From Octopus sinensis (taxonomy: Eukaryota): a DNA stretch of 64,000 nucleotides. The notes under the pieces were generated by a model that saw only the letters and a program-made list of their open reading frames with translations, searched no databases and was not told the DNA's origin. Both the position numbers and the translations under genes were made by a program. The stretch is from contig NC_042997.1 of NCBI RefSeq assembly GCF_006345805.1, positions 55,428,001 through 55,492,000 on the forward strand. The letters run 5' to 3'. Of the stretch, positions 26,030 through 38,460 are shown in pieces; position 1 is the first letter of the stretch; every line of letters starts with the position of its first letter.

Positions 26030-28600
26030 CTGACATACACAGCTTGTTGCTAGAGGTGGCATTAATATACCAGCTATTCGCTTCCCGTGAACTAATGTGG
26101 TACGTTCTTTGCAAATCGAGGAGAATTTGCGGAGGCTCTTTGCGCGGCCAATTAAATTTCTTTTCAGAATGAGCTCTATTTTAATTTTTATGCTTATTTT
26201 TGTCACTGAACCACGGGCATCAACAAATACTGATACGGCAGATACACTTTCGTTGACTATAGCGTTTTGTTTTCTCTCTTCAGAGCTTCATATCTCGACA
26301 GCTTTCTCCTTTTTTTTTGCCAATTCTGTTGTCCCTAGACCCCGAGATGCCTATGATCCTGTGCGATTTTTCTCCCTTGCCTACCAGCACAGTATCTCGT
26401 TTCCCTTGTTCGATTCCATTGAATTCCATTGTTCGATCTCATTGAATCATGATGTCCGAAAGGACTTTTGCTGTCTTTTCTTTTCACCATATCCTTTGGC
26501 TCATGCAGATTTTCTCGCCTTTTTCCTACCCAAACTTGTTGCATAGTTCTCAGTGGACCATTCTGAAGACATTGTCAGGCTTCTCTTGTATTCTCTCTGA
26601 GCCAGTTTACTATATTCCCTTAGAATATACTAAGGTATTTTTCCAGTTTCACCACATATTCTACATTTGTCCGATTCTAAGGAATGGTCAATTCTTTTCT
26701 TGATGCAGTTTGTTCTGAAAGCTTTTCCTGTGCTGAACATATTAAGTCCTCTATTTCAGGTTTCAGCTCACATTTCTGTAACCACATCTATCTTTTATCT
26801 GAATTTTGAGTCCCTTGGTATCTCCCTAAGGACTAACCGTACGTTTTCTTATACGTTCAGCTGTTTTCCCTCTTTGTGCCTGTCTTCTTTTTATATTTCA
26901 TCTTATCTTGACTGATTTATTTATGTAATAAACCTGCCTTACTTGCACAAGTACTGCTTTCTTTACGTTCTTTATATATCATGAAATACTGTTTTTCTCT
27001 GACTGAATACAATACTCACAACTTTTCAATCCCTGCCCAACTCTTATTACGTATAGTCTGACAATATTACTTTTCGGGTGGAACGCACCGTGTACTGTCA
27101 ATAGTCTTCTTATTTTCTTGCAGTTAGTCTGTTTTTCAACGTATCATTCCTGCTCCATATCTCAAGAGCGCAGTTGCACATGTTTTTGTTACATGAAACG
27201 TATTCCTCCATTCAATTCAAAATCAATCTCAGCCTTCTGTATTTCACCATCTATTTGTTAGAATTTATCTCAACACATACACCACACATTTTCAATCCAA
27301 ATTCCATTCTAAGGTCCGTGCTAGAGTAATGTACCGTATAAATCAGTAAATTCAACTGATTTTCCTTTTTCCCATAATAGGCGGTTGATCTTATCTTTCT
27401 TTTCTTTAAACTCATACGCAGTTTTCGTTTTTCTCGAATTCAAAGTCAATGGTATCATATACAAGGCAAAAAGCAATAGTAACAAACTATATCCAAGGAA
27501 GATTCCACTTTTGATTTTGATAAAATCTCATCTCTGCTTCCCCAATATGAGTTCACTGGTCCATTCATTCATAATGTTGCTCAACAAGTTCGAGATATTG
27601 TTTGCAATTGCAAATATCTTCAAGTACTCCATAATCCACGAATGAGGAACCATATCGCCTGCTTCCCGGTAGTTATCCACGTCATCACGAAGTCCATTCT
27701 GCGCTCTTTGGAGTCTTCAGCACTGTCATATTAATAAATACCAGCTATTTGGTTTCTCTGCATCCCTTTTGCACCCATTTTGCTATTCCGGTTGGGTCCT
27801 ATAATAGCACTTCGTAACGACTGCATTGATCTCTTTGCTCCAATTTTTCTCGATTCCTGTATGCTAATAGTCACAGGTTCATGACTGGATCCGCGACTGC
27901 TCAGTGGAACACCTACTGGACACGGTATCTTCACCACTTTTTCTAGTTCCATTAACGCTGTTACCAATAATACGTTGTTCCTGCTTCCGTTTTAATTGAT
28001 CCACTTTCTTAAAGCTACAGAATTCTCCGACTTTGCTGTTTCGACGACACGATCTAAAAGTCTCTCCTATTTATCTGTGATGCTTGTATCTGTTATTGTT
28101 AACATCTGCATTTCTTCTGTAGTTTGAGGAGCTTTATTAGATCAGCTCACCTATTCTGTTAGCACTGCTACGGTCTTCTGCATTACCATCGACTTTGGAT
28201 ATTCTTTTCCAAATTACGCGAGTCCTGTATCTGTTAACCAGCCTTTCCTTTTTATGGTTCTGATCTGGTTGCATATTTGTTGCTATATTGTTTCATATAT
28301 TTCTCGTTGCTACCAGTCGCGGTATAACTTTTTTTTTTATATATCCTCTTATTGGAACACCATTTTCATCTGTGAGTTGGATCCTATAATAGTACTTCAT
28401 AACGATTGCGTTGGTCACTTTGATCCACTTTTTCTCGATTCTTGAATGCTAATAGTCACAGGTCCACGACTGGGTCCGCGACTGCTCAATGGAACACCTG
28501 CTGGACACGGCATCTTCACCTCTTTTTCTAGTTCCATTAACGTTGTTACCTATATTTCCTTCAAAGTTTTAACACATAGAGACACTTTAAGCTTTGTTTT
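26030..28600 (-). mobile_element. R4/Dong-like retrotransposon with N-terminus, partial RT, CCHC and RLE; internally deleted, N-terminus duplicated
   Basis: N-terminal KWIKVTNAIVMKYYYR and NWSKEINAVVTKCYYR; RT ..DMVPHSWIMEYLKIFAIANNI..; SDKCRICGE knuckle; C-terminal LIGRAKSLRKF near 26110-26150. Confidence 0.8.
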
Positions 28601-28649
28601 ATATTCGTGACACCATCACTAGATGAATAACCAACCAATGTTCGGAGAT

Positions 28650-29290
28650 ATTTCATCCACTTTCATTGTAGGGCAGTTAAGCCGGTTGGGATTACACACT
28701 GATATTTCTAATACTACACTTGGATTTTTGTCAAAGTTATCCATTTTTCTCGGTTGCCCTGCAAACTGCTGCTTGTAAGCTCTCGATCACAATCTCCTCG
28801 CTTTTATGGAAAGGTATCTCCAAAGTCTAAGACGTTCAGGGGTTAGTAATCAGCTCGAAAAGTCATGGGGGACTGTTTTTGGGGACGACCAGGCATTCTG
28901 AGACATGGCTGTACAGTGAACAGAGATTGACAGTTTGGTGTAGTAATTAGGAGGGAGGTCTCGAGCAAAAAATCTAAAAATTATCATCCGACGATACACA
29001 TCTTTGACAGCAAATATGCAATCGGCAGTTTGGTGTGGTCAGGGATCCCCAATCCATCGTGCTGTTCGAACATGGCGGCTTTTAGCTTCAAACTGTTCGG
29101 TCCAATGTAGAACATTCTTTGGAAACAAATATTTGATGAAAGGACGTGTTGAAAGTGGTTGCGAAGAAGTAGGTACAATAGTCAACACAAAGGAGATCAA
29201 TGAGTTGGTTTGTGCGAACGCGCAATTTCATCGCTTTCGACGGAGGATATTTTGTGCTGTACCGTTGTATAAATGATGAGTTAGTTACTC
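28650..29290 (-). mobile_element. Possible Tc1/mariner transposase remnant
   Basis: Degenerate MFEQHDG..PDHT (cf. FQQDGAPAHT) and a downstream segment loosely like SPDLNPLD..W; very decayed. Confidence 0.35.
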
Positions 29291-30427
29291 CACCGACTTG
29301 TACAATTTGAATGACTTATGTCACTAAATAAAAAGAAAATGGTATGACTACTTTTGCATTCTTTCGATCCAACTCTCTATTTCATTGTCTGTCCTTTATT
29401 ATAACTGGAAAAAATTATTATTACCAGAACTGAATCTCATTTTAGTGAATTAATGCGTGTTTTTAAAATTCGAACCCAATATATTTATATATCTATAAAA
29501 TGCAATGAAAAAGCAGTATGTTCCCAGTTCAGCTACTTTTATTTCTTAAATATTAAAAGAACTATTTATAGTTACGTATAATTTCCAATATCGTCATAAT
29601 AGCATCAATAATTATCCTCTATGAAGCGGTAAATAGAGTTTTCAATAAAGATAGCTATTTAAATTCTTAGGTTAATTGCATTTTCTTCAGCATCAACTGG
29701 ATCAGAAATTAAACTGACAATGTGTATATCGTGTGTGACACGAGTGATTCATATTTCGTCTGACACCTTTCGTCGAAATAATTATCAGTCGGTACTGGAA
29801 ATCTCTTCACATTTTTTTTCTTTTTTATGTAATTTTGGTAGGATAGATTTTATGTGAAAGGACGACTAACAAATAAAAATTTCCATCATACATACATACA
29901 TACATACATACAAACATACATACATACATACATACACAAACAAATATGCATAATTACGTACACGCATGCACAAATAAATAAAACACACCTATATGCATTT
30001 ATGCATATATATTGACGTGTAAATGGATACATATATGGCACCTTATTAAAATACACCCAAAGAATGACGGATAGATCTTTATAAAACATTTGATCCACTA
30101 GTTAAATTATTCGCTACAATGATCTAGGGAAGAAAATCTTTGAACATATGACATCCATGTGAACATGTTCGTATTAATCTTATTAGGACACAGGGTTTGA
30201 TAAAATAGATTAACTTCTCTTAGATTAATATGTGAAGCGTATTGCTTAATACTTTGGAACATAATATTTCACAATCGAGATGATACTACCGATGATATAA
30301 CCTGTTATAGTGAAAATTAATAGTCATCTACATTCACACAGCAATTGCCCTGATTGCAAGAGAGAGACAGAGAGAGGGACAGAGAGGAGAGAAAGAGGAG
30401 AGAGAGGAGAAAGAGAGAGAGAGAGAG

Positions 30428-30458
<31 letters not shown>

Positions 30459-30640
30459 TGAGGACACAGCTGACTAAATATCCAGTCCGGAAAATATTAC
30501 TGGTACGAAATGGAGCCATTGGGATTTGAGCACACACAATATTCAGGTACAGAACTAAATATTGTAAACTGTCTGATCTAACTCGCTACTATTGTCCCTA
30601 AGGATAACTAATAATTGTAATGGTAGTAGTTGCTGGTCAT

Positions 30641-30703
30641 GACAAGATCATCAGCAGTTGCCCGAAAATGTCAGCCAGATATTACCTTCCTATGAGACAT
30701 GAC
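30641..30703 (+). mobile_element. Short R4/Dong-like knuckle fragment
   Basis: Encodes IISSCPKMSARYYLPMRHD, nearly identical to the 19977-21285 copy. Confidence 0.75.
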
Positions 30704-31530
30704 AGCGTAACAATAGTTGGAAGCAATGACATTTATAGTATAAGATTGTTCTAGTGGAAATTAAAAATATACCAACGGATGTATTTACTTTTTGGAAAAC
30801 AAGAAATATTTGTGAAACATAGCGGTTAAAACTTTTATCAAACGCAAATATAATCGTATAAATATTCCATGAGATAGATGCCTTAAATGTGTGCACTTAC
30901 AAGCCAGTTACCCAACGGCCGTTAAACTTTCAGCAAAAGATATAAAAGATAATTTATCCTCAAAAGATGATGCATAGCTAAAATCTTTGTCGCACTTATC
31001 TATGTAATGCTAAGAAGGTTGGGGAATCTGAAAGGAAGTGACCCGTCATCTAAATACTTTTGGTATATTGCTCTTAATGCAAACTAATTCCCAGCTCTTA
31101 ATGTAAAACTGAAGTTTACAAACAAGAAATTTATTTAATGTATACACTTTTAATATAATTTTGAATTCGCTCTGAATTACATCACTGGATTATTGGTTGT
31201 CTCAAAAAACTTCGGTTGTATACAATACGAAATATTCTGAGTAATTCATTTGTAGAAAAATATATTTATGTATTTTAAAATCTTTATTAAGGGATATGAG
31301 TTTGTTTGTCACTTCCATCTCCATTGTTTTTTTCCTTTGTTCTGGTGTGTATTTGGAAAATTGTGGAGTCAAATGACAAGCACACAACCACAAAACAATA
31401 CCAGGCAGAAATAATATAACGCTTTCTAGTAACAATTATCTTATATAAAATATGTGAAGCTAACTATAACATTAGTTTATTATACTCATAAAACATCAAA
31501 TTTGGGAATGTGTACTCAAATGATACAAAT

Positions 31531-31752
31531 TATAATAATGGTTTCAAAATTTCGCTCAAGGCGAGCAAGCTCGGGAAGAGGGTAAGTTGATTACATAGCT
31601 TCCAGTACTCAACTGGTACTCTTTTAATTCACCCCGAAAGGGTGAAAGGCAAAGTCGACCTCGGCGATATTTGAATTCAGAACGTGAAGATGGACAAAAT
31701 GTCTTCAAGCATTTTGCTCGGCGTGCTAACGATACTGCCAGGTCACCGCCTT
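31531..31752 (-). mobile_element. SINE family B
   Basis: ccccgaaagggtgaaaggcaaagtcgacctcggcg...gcgtgctaacgatactgccaggtcaccgcctt. Confidence 0.9.
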
Positions 31753-32023
31753 AGTAATATAGTAATATAGTAATAAAGTAAGTCAAACCTTCAGCGTATG
31801 CGCAGTAATGCTAACCTCATGCTAGAAACCACGACAAAACAATTTGCAAATGACTGATAGAAATATGGCATCAACACTAAAAGAAAAATTAAACTTCACT
31901 GAAAAGGAATAAGAATTAAATGTAGCAGTGGCCCTAAAATTTCTCATCCAGTACTAAACAAATCATGGTATATCGTCACTACAATAATTTCCTCCAAGAG
32001 ATAAAATAAAAGAGCACAAAAAG

Positions 32024-32247
32024 TCTAAAGACTGGCTTATCGGTTTCCATGACGCACAAGTGACCGAGATCTCATCAGTATCTCTTAGTAGGATGCCAGT
32101 CCGTCGTAGGGTTGCTCATTTACAGTTGAGTGAAATGGAACAATGTGAAAAAGAAGTGTTTTGCTCAAGAACACAACACACTGCTTAGTTCAGGAATCGA
32201 AACCATAATCTTGAGTGCAACACTAACAACTACGCCATGTGCCTTCA
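32024..32247 (-). mobile_element. SINE family D-related, decayed
   Basis: gtgttttgctcaagaacacaacac...ctacgccatgtgccttca matches the head region of 57027-57364. Confidence 0.7.
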
Positions 32248-32473
32248 TATACTACTTACTATACCAGCACTACAATAATTACATCTAGAAAAGTTTTTTA
32301 AAAAAAGGAAGATAATGCTGAACAGTTGATGGAAGTTAGTAATTAATTATTCTAAAAGAATGCACCGGATCAATATGACAAAAAGTTTTATAAAAAAGTT
32401 AAATTGAAGTACATGATGAAACATAAAAATGTAACATATCTGTGAAATCAATATTGATTTCTAACGGAGACAC

Positions 32474-32640
32474 AGCGCCTAGACTGTGGCAGAAGGGAAG
32501 AGTTAATTAAAACAAACTCAGTACTTCAGTGGTACTCCATTTTATCAACCGGGATTTATAAATCAGAACTTAAAGATTGAGTACAAATACCACAAAGCAT
32601 TTTACCTGACGTTTTCACGATTCTGCATATTGCCGCCCTT
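32474..32640 (-). mobile_element. SINE family B, decayed
   Basis: cagaacttaaag...aaataccacaaagcattttacctgacgttttcacgattctgc...gccgccctt. Confidence 0.7.
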
Positions 32641-32665
32641 CGTGTATTGAATATTACATACGCGC

Positions 32666-33222
32666 AAGGCGGCGAGCTGGCCGAAACGTTAGCACGCCGG
32701 GCGAAATGCTTAGCAGTGTTTCGTCTGCCGCTACGTTCTGAGTTCAAATTCCCCTGAGGTCGACTTTGCCTTTCATCCCTTCGGGGTCGATAAATTAAGT
32801 ACCAGTTACGCACTGGGGTCGATGTAATCTGCTTAATCCCTTTGTTTGTCCTCTCTGTGTTTAGTCCCTTGTGGGTAGTAAAGAAATAGGTATTTCATCT
32901 GCCGCTACGTTCTGAGTTCAAATTCCGCCGAGGTCGACTTTGCCTTTCATCCTTTCGGATAAATTAAGTACCAGTTACACACTGAAGTCGAAATAATCGA
33001 CTTAATCGGTTTGTCTGTCCTCGTTTGTCCTCTCTGTGTTTAGCCCTTGTGGGTAGTAAAAAAATAGGTATTTCGTCTGTCTTTATGTTCTGAGTTCAAA
33101 TTCCGCCGAGGTTGACTTTGCCTTTCATCCTTTCGGTGTCGATAAATTAAGTACTTGTTGCGTACTGGGGTCGATCTAATCAACTGGCCCCCTCCCCAAA
33201 AACATTTCAGGCCTTGTGCTTT
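32666..33222 (+). mobile_element. SINE family B with three tandem internal units (~175 bp)
   Basis: Head aaggcggcgagctggccgaaacgttagcacg; units start at 32732, 32906 and 33084 (tacgttctgagttcaaattc). Confidence 0.93.
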
Positions 33223-33824
33223 AGGGTAATAGGTTTCTGTATTTTTTTACATAACGGGTTTTGATTCGTGGAACATCTGGAAGCTATCTCTAGCAGAAAC
33301 AACGAACATGTCAGAATATCCTCGTTCTGGTTACCTGTCATATATACACTGAATCAAACGCTGATGAGTTTCAAATGTTTTACTTATCAATGCAATTGGT
33401 AACCGAAGGTTATTCACATCTATCAATTGAATCTTAGGCTCAGGTATTACCTTATAATGATGTTACAACTTGGAGTAATTTCTTCGTAATAATAATTTCA
33501 AAATGAGTTGATCGAATATAAATTTATTGAATTATGATCGGATATCGACTGAAGTAACCACATAGCTTACAAACAATTTAATTTTGATGTGAATTATTTC
33601 TATATAACGAATGACATATATATATATATATATGTGTGTGTATGTGTGTGTGTGTTATTGTATTTGTGTAAATGTATACAGGCACACACAAGAACACACG
33701 TAAATACGCACGCAGATACATCTGCGTTTGTATGTGTGTATATATGTGTACATTCCCACATACATATACACACAAACATATATATATTTATATATATATA
33801 TACATAAATATATATATATATATA

Positions 33825-33899
<75 letters not shown>

Positions 33900-34471
33900 T
33901 ATATGTATATAAACATAGGAAAGTACGACAACAACGGTTACAGCATCGAAAACAGAGTTATTTCCTCTAGAGGGCCTCAAATTAACATTCTCTCGGCTAC
34001 TCCGCTCAAGGAATTATCAGCTAAGATTTGAATGGCAATATGAATTTCTGGAGGGGGAAAAAAAGACAAACACAAAACTTCTTTCTTTATTTTATATTTA
34101 TTTTTTTCGATCTTTCCAGCCCAACCTCGCCTCTCCCCAAACCCCGTCGTTTCACTCTCACCTTTTCTACTTTGCATTTCACTCCTCATCAATTTCTCTC
34201 TTTCTTTTCTGTTTCTTGATATTTTTCAGCGGCCAGTTTCGAAGATGCTAAAATATCATGAGACTACAACTGTTTATCTTCTGTCAATCAATCAGGAAGC
34301 CTGTAATGTTTTCAGTTGCTGGTGACATCTATTCATAGTTGCCCTCACCGATTTCATTTTTTTACTCTTTTTACCCTTGTGTTATTTGGTGTAAGTAAAC
34401 CATATACCATCTCTCTTCCAAATTCGTAGTGTTGCACAAGTGGCAGTAAAACACACACATTCGAATATATT

Positions 34472-34510
<39 letters not shown>

Positions 34511-35130
34511 GTCTCTAGGCACATATGTATTTAAATAAACATATATATTTACATAGAAATATGTATATATAAGTGATTATATATAAAGAGGTTTTGACTA
34601 CAATGTTTCTCCGAAGATCCTCATATTCTGTAAAAAGAAGATGAAAATATTAGTAAAGTAAAGAGATGTTGCTCTTGCAAGTAGTAGTAGTAGTGGTAGC
34701 AGCAGCAGCAGCAGCAACGGAAACAGCAGCAGTTGCAGCAACAGCAGCAGCGATAGAAGTAGTAGTAGTAGTAGTAGTAGTGTATGGTTTGGTTCGGTTA
34801 AAGAATTTCAACTGCAATTTAAGAGATGGTTTCAGTTTTAAAAAATTGGATGCCGACAGTATAACGTGCGAAGGTTAAGGAATTAAAACCTTAAAAGTAG
34901 AAAGATAAAACAACACATGATTAGGAAAGCAAAAATGCTTAATGTTATGTAAAACAATTGATAAGAATGAATGGAAGACAGGATTTGTAAATCTATTGTG
35001 TGACTTCTGTTGAAATCAGAGAGGAAAAGAAAGGCGTAGTGTGTTATTCTGTGTCGATTATGATGCAAGCACCAACCTAGGGGTGATGACATTCAGAGCA
35101 GTTAAACTGATAAGCAAATGCAGTAAGATA

Positions 35131-35462
35131 TTTATTCTTTTATTCTTTTACTTGTTTCGGTCATTAGACTGCGGCTATGCTGGAGTACCACCCTGAAGAA
35201 TTTTAGTTGAATTAAGCGAACTCAGTACATTAAAAAAAAGTTTTAAAGCCTGGTACTTATCCTGTCGGTCTCTTTGCCGAAGTACTAAGTTACAGGGACT
35301 TAAACAAAAGCAATACCGGTTGTCAATCGGTGGTGGGGGACAAACACAGCGACACACACATTATATATATATATATATGTGTGTGTATGTGTGATGGGCC
35401 TTTTCAGTTTCCTTGTATTAAATCCACTCTCAAGGCTTTGGTCGGCCCGAGGCTATAATAGA
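35131..35462 (-). mobile_element. SINE family A, 5'-truncated
   Basis: ttttacttgtttcggtcattagactgcggctatgctggag...caaggctttggtcggcccgaggctata. Confidence 0.9.
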
Positions 35463-35506
35463 AGTACCCACTGCCTGAAAGTTTATTTTAACTAAGGATA
35501 TATACA

Positions 35507-35626
<120 letters not shown>

Positions 35627-35849
35627 TATATAGGAGACAGTACCCTTAGTCGTTGTTAATAAATATTTCCTTGAGAGGGCACATTGCAAGAACATGAGAT
35701 CAAATCACACCGGAATGAGTAAGCACGTGATCAATATTTCAAAACGCCTAAAATCAATATTTCAACCATCCGTAACTCAATGAAGAATAAATCCAAAGTC
35801 TACGTAATGCAGCTTTTCTTTAGAATAGACCAGTCTAAACAAATATTTG

Positions 35850-36400
35850 TTGTTGATGATGTTGTTGTGTAACCGCAGAGGAACTCTACTGGATAGTAGT
35901 AATCGATTGAACACGATACACGACTTACTGCCTTATAGTCTTACTTATTCTGTGTCTCCGCCTAGCTGAGGTCTATACAAGCAGCGATAACACGTATAGG
36001 CTGAAGTGTTACACTTTGGATATTTAGCAGTCTGTCCAGCCTATCCAGTCAAATTCTATGATCGTAGATTCTAGAAGTGGCTAGGGCGAGCGTGGGTCGA
36101 GCAAAGCCGGCTCAGTCAGACAGCGATGATTTCTTTGGTCTTTTGCACTCAAAACACTTTTATAGGCATTTTAAGGCCCAACCCATACATTATTGTATCA
36201 CATGTTTGCATTTGCTGACACATTTTTGCATCTCATGAATGTATCGTTTGATCAGTACTGTAGCTTTGCATACCCTTTGTCTTCTTTCTGGCAAGACTTA
36301 ACGGCAATTTCGCTGATCGAGCAGCCGGATAAAGACTTCCAAGCTAGTTCGAGTTTAAGCCAGTGATCATTATCGACGAAGCCAATTTACTAGGATCAGT
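35850..36400 (-). mobile_element. Possible LINE 3' remnant (RTE-like)
   Basis: GC-richer island with weak resemblance to RTE-type C-terminal sequence; no clean motif. Confidence 0.3.
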
Positions 36401-38126
36401 AAATTGTAGTTCGGTTAAGATTATAATCAAGATTTAATATTTTAGTATTTCCCTAAATATAACGTGTTTTGTTGTCCAATTGCTGTCTTCTCATAGATTT
36501 CATCATCTTTGCTGGAGTCTTTACTTGCGCTTGCTGAACGTCAAAGCTTTGATCGTGAACAAGCTCTGGGGACTGTTGTTTTTCGGGATATGAATAACAA
36601 TATACCTCGCCTCTTATCTATCATATCTAGAAATATTCGGCAAACTTGTAATAACTTTCTTCCCCCGCGAAACAACGAATTACATGGCATATCTCAAAAG
36701 GTAAAGGTAAATCAATGTTTTTTTTTTTCTTCATACTTATGTTTTGTTGTTATTTGCGAAAGCTTCGTTCATTGTTGGGAGCAAACTGCACAGAGTGCAT
36801 ACAAGTATTACAGCAGTTTCAACAGCAAACTTATTCATTTTGACGGATTCAAGTTATTTATACACTCAACAGAGACAAAAATATCAAATTATTTTGGTGA
36901 TGGTATTTTCTCGAAGGAACGAGAGTTTCGGAATAAGAATGTAAAAAGGTTATTTTAGATTGTGATTGAAACTACAATAATTGTGTTCTTCACTCCACCC
37001 CCAGAAGTACAGTTAATATCCTATTAGAATATGCAAATTATTGGGCACCAAAAGTATTACAAGATTGATTTATGTAACACAATGACGACGATTTAATAAA
37101 AAATATATTAAAACCTAAATTAATATAATGCAATGATATAGTAATAGTATTACCCGTGAAAATTCCACAGCTATTTTGAAAACCTAAGATGGGTGGAAGT
37201 TTATAGAGAACCATGAAATACCTTTCTTTTAAGGTAGTATTTTTTCTGCAAAAAATGATTTTTTTTACATTGTGTTAAATTCATATGATTTGTAATTGAA
37301 AGTGAAGTCTTAAGTGAGAACAACTTAGAAAGTTTTATTTCTTTGTTATACACTTGCTACTCTTCTACCTTGAGAGTTGTTATCTACTATTTTTCACTTT
37401 ACCTCAAGAAGTAATCACTATGACTATGGAAAAAAATCACAGATATGGTTTATATATTGTTTTACTTTGCTATAGTATGACTACTTGAGAAAGCTTTATC
37501 AAATTTTAATAAACTGTATTACATCCTAATTTTCAGATTTGAGAAAAGTTTATTTAATTAAACTTGAATCAGTGATGTCCTCGTTCTGACTCCTTATTCC
37601 TTCTAGTCATGTTAAGCTAACTGAAAAAATTACACTGAACAAAACAAATATCAGTAATATTTCTGGATATTTTCTGCTATGAATATCGTTCCTTACTTCT
37701 GGGCATTGCATATCTAGAATTACATGATCTAATGTATCACTCATTTTTCAAAGCCATAGAGTATATATTTAAGAGAGATTTGGCTATAACGACTAAAATA
37801 TTGCTCTTTCGTTGGTTCGAAGTCTCACCGGTTATGGACAGAGGAAGATGTGTGCTCTGTTTAAGCATTACATACCTCTACTTTCACGTGCTGATTCCTC
37901 TCTCGGCACACTCCTTCTTAGTCATTTCAAAATCAATTGGACACAAGATCAATTCCCTCAGTATGAACGTAAAGACACTCCAGTATATTGTTGGAAAAGT
38001 CCACTTGGGTGTAGAGGGAATTGAATTGAGTTGTAATACATTTATTTATTGCAGTTTTGTAGAAAAGTAATGCTTTGTACTTAACCATAAAATCTCCTCT
38101 GCCAATTTAAGATTGTAGCAAACATA

Positions 38127-38460
38127 TTGCTTGTACGTGGTCGTTCGACCAGCTAAAAATTGCAGCCCAACTTATTTAAATTACTCTCTTCGATCTGAAA
38201 GAAGAAAACGATGCCTTACATAATATAATCCTGTATATTCTTAAAAAAAGTAAGGAGAGCCGTGACTGGAAAGTCTTTCATCATAAGCTAATAGTGCTTG
38301 TATGTGGTCGTTTGACCAACTAAAAATAGCAGCCCAACTTATTTAAATTACTCTATTCGATCTGAAAGAAGAAAACGATGCCTTAGATAATATAATGCTG
38401 TATATTCTTAAAAAAAGTAAGGAGAGCCGTGACTGGAAAGTCTTTCATCATAAGCTAATA
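38127..38460. repeat. Tandem duplication, 2 x 167 bp
   Basis: tgcttgta.gtggtcgtt.gacca.ctaaaaat...tcataagctaata twice, about 95% identical. Confidence 0.95.

Noticed and set aside
32024-32085. Minus-strand CTGATGA...GAAAC...GTC hammerhead-like pattern
   Set aside because: Stem II and stem I do not pair, and the sequence is part of a SINE.
32732-33222. Regularly spaced repeats suggesting a CRISPR array
   Set aside because: Whole ~175-bp units are repeated with no unique spacers, there are no cas genes, and the context is a eukaryotic SINE.
36737-36838. Minus-strand 33-codon ORF MNKFAVETAVILVCTLCSLLPTMNEAFANNNKT* with a signal-peptide look
   Set aside because: Stops immediately before the donor-like GTATGA, leaving almost no mature peptide; no independent support.
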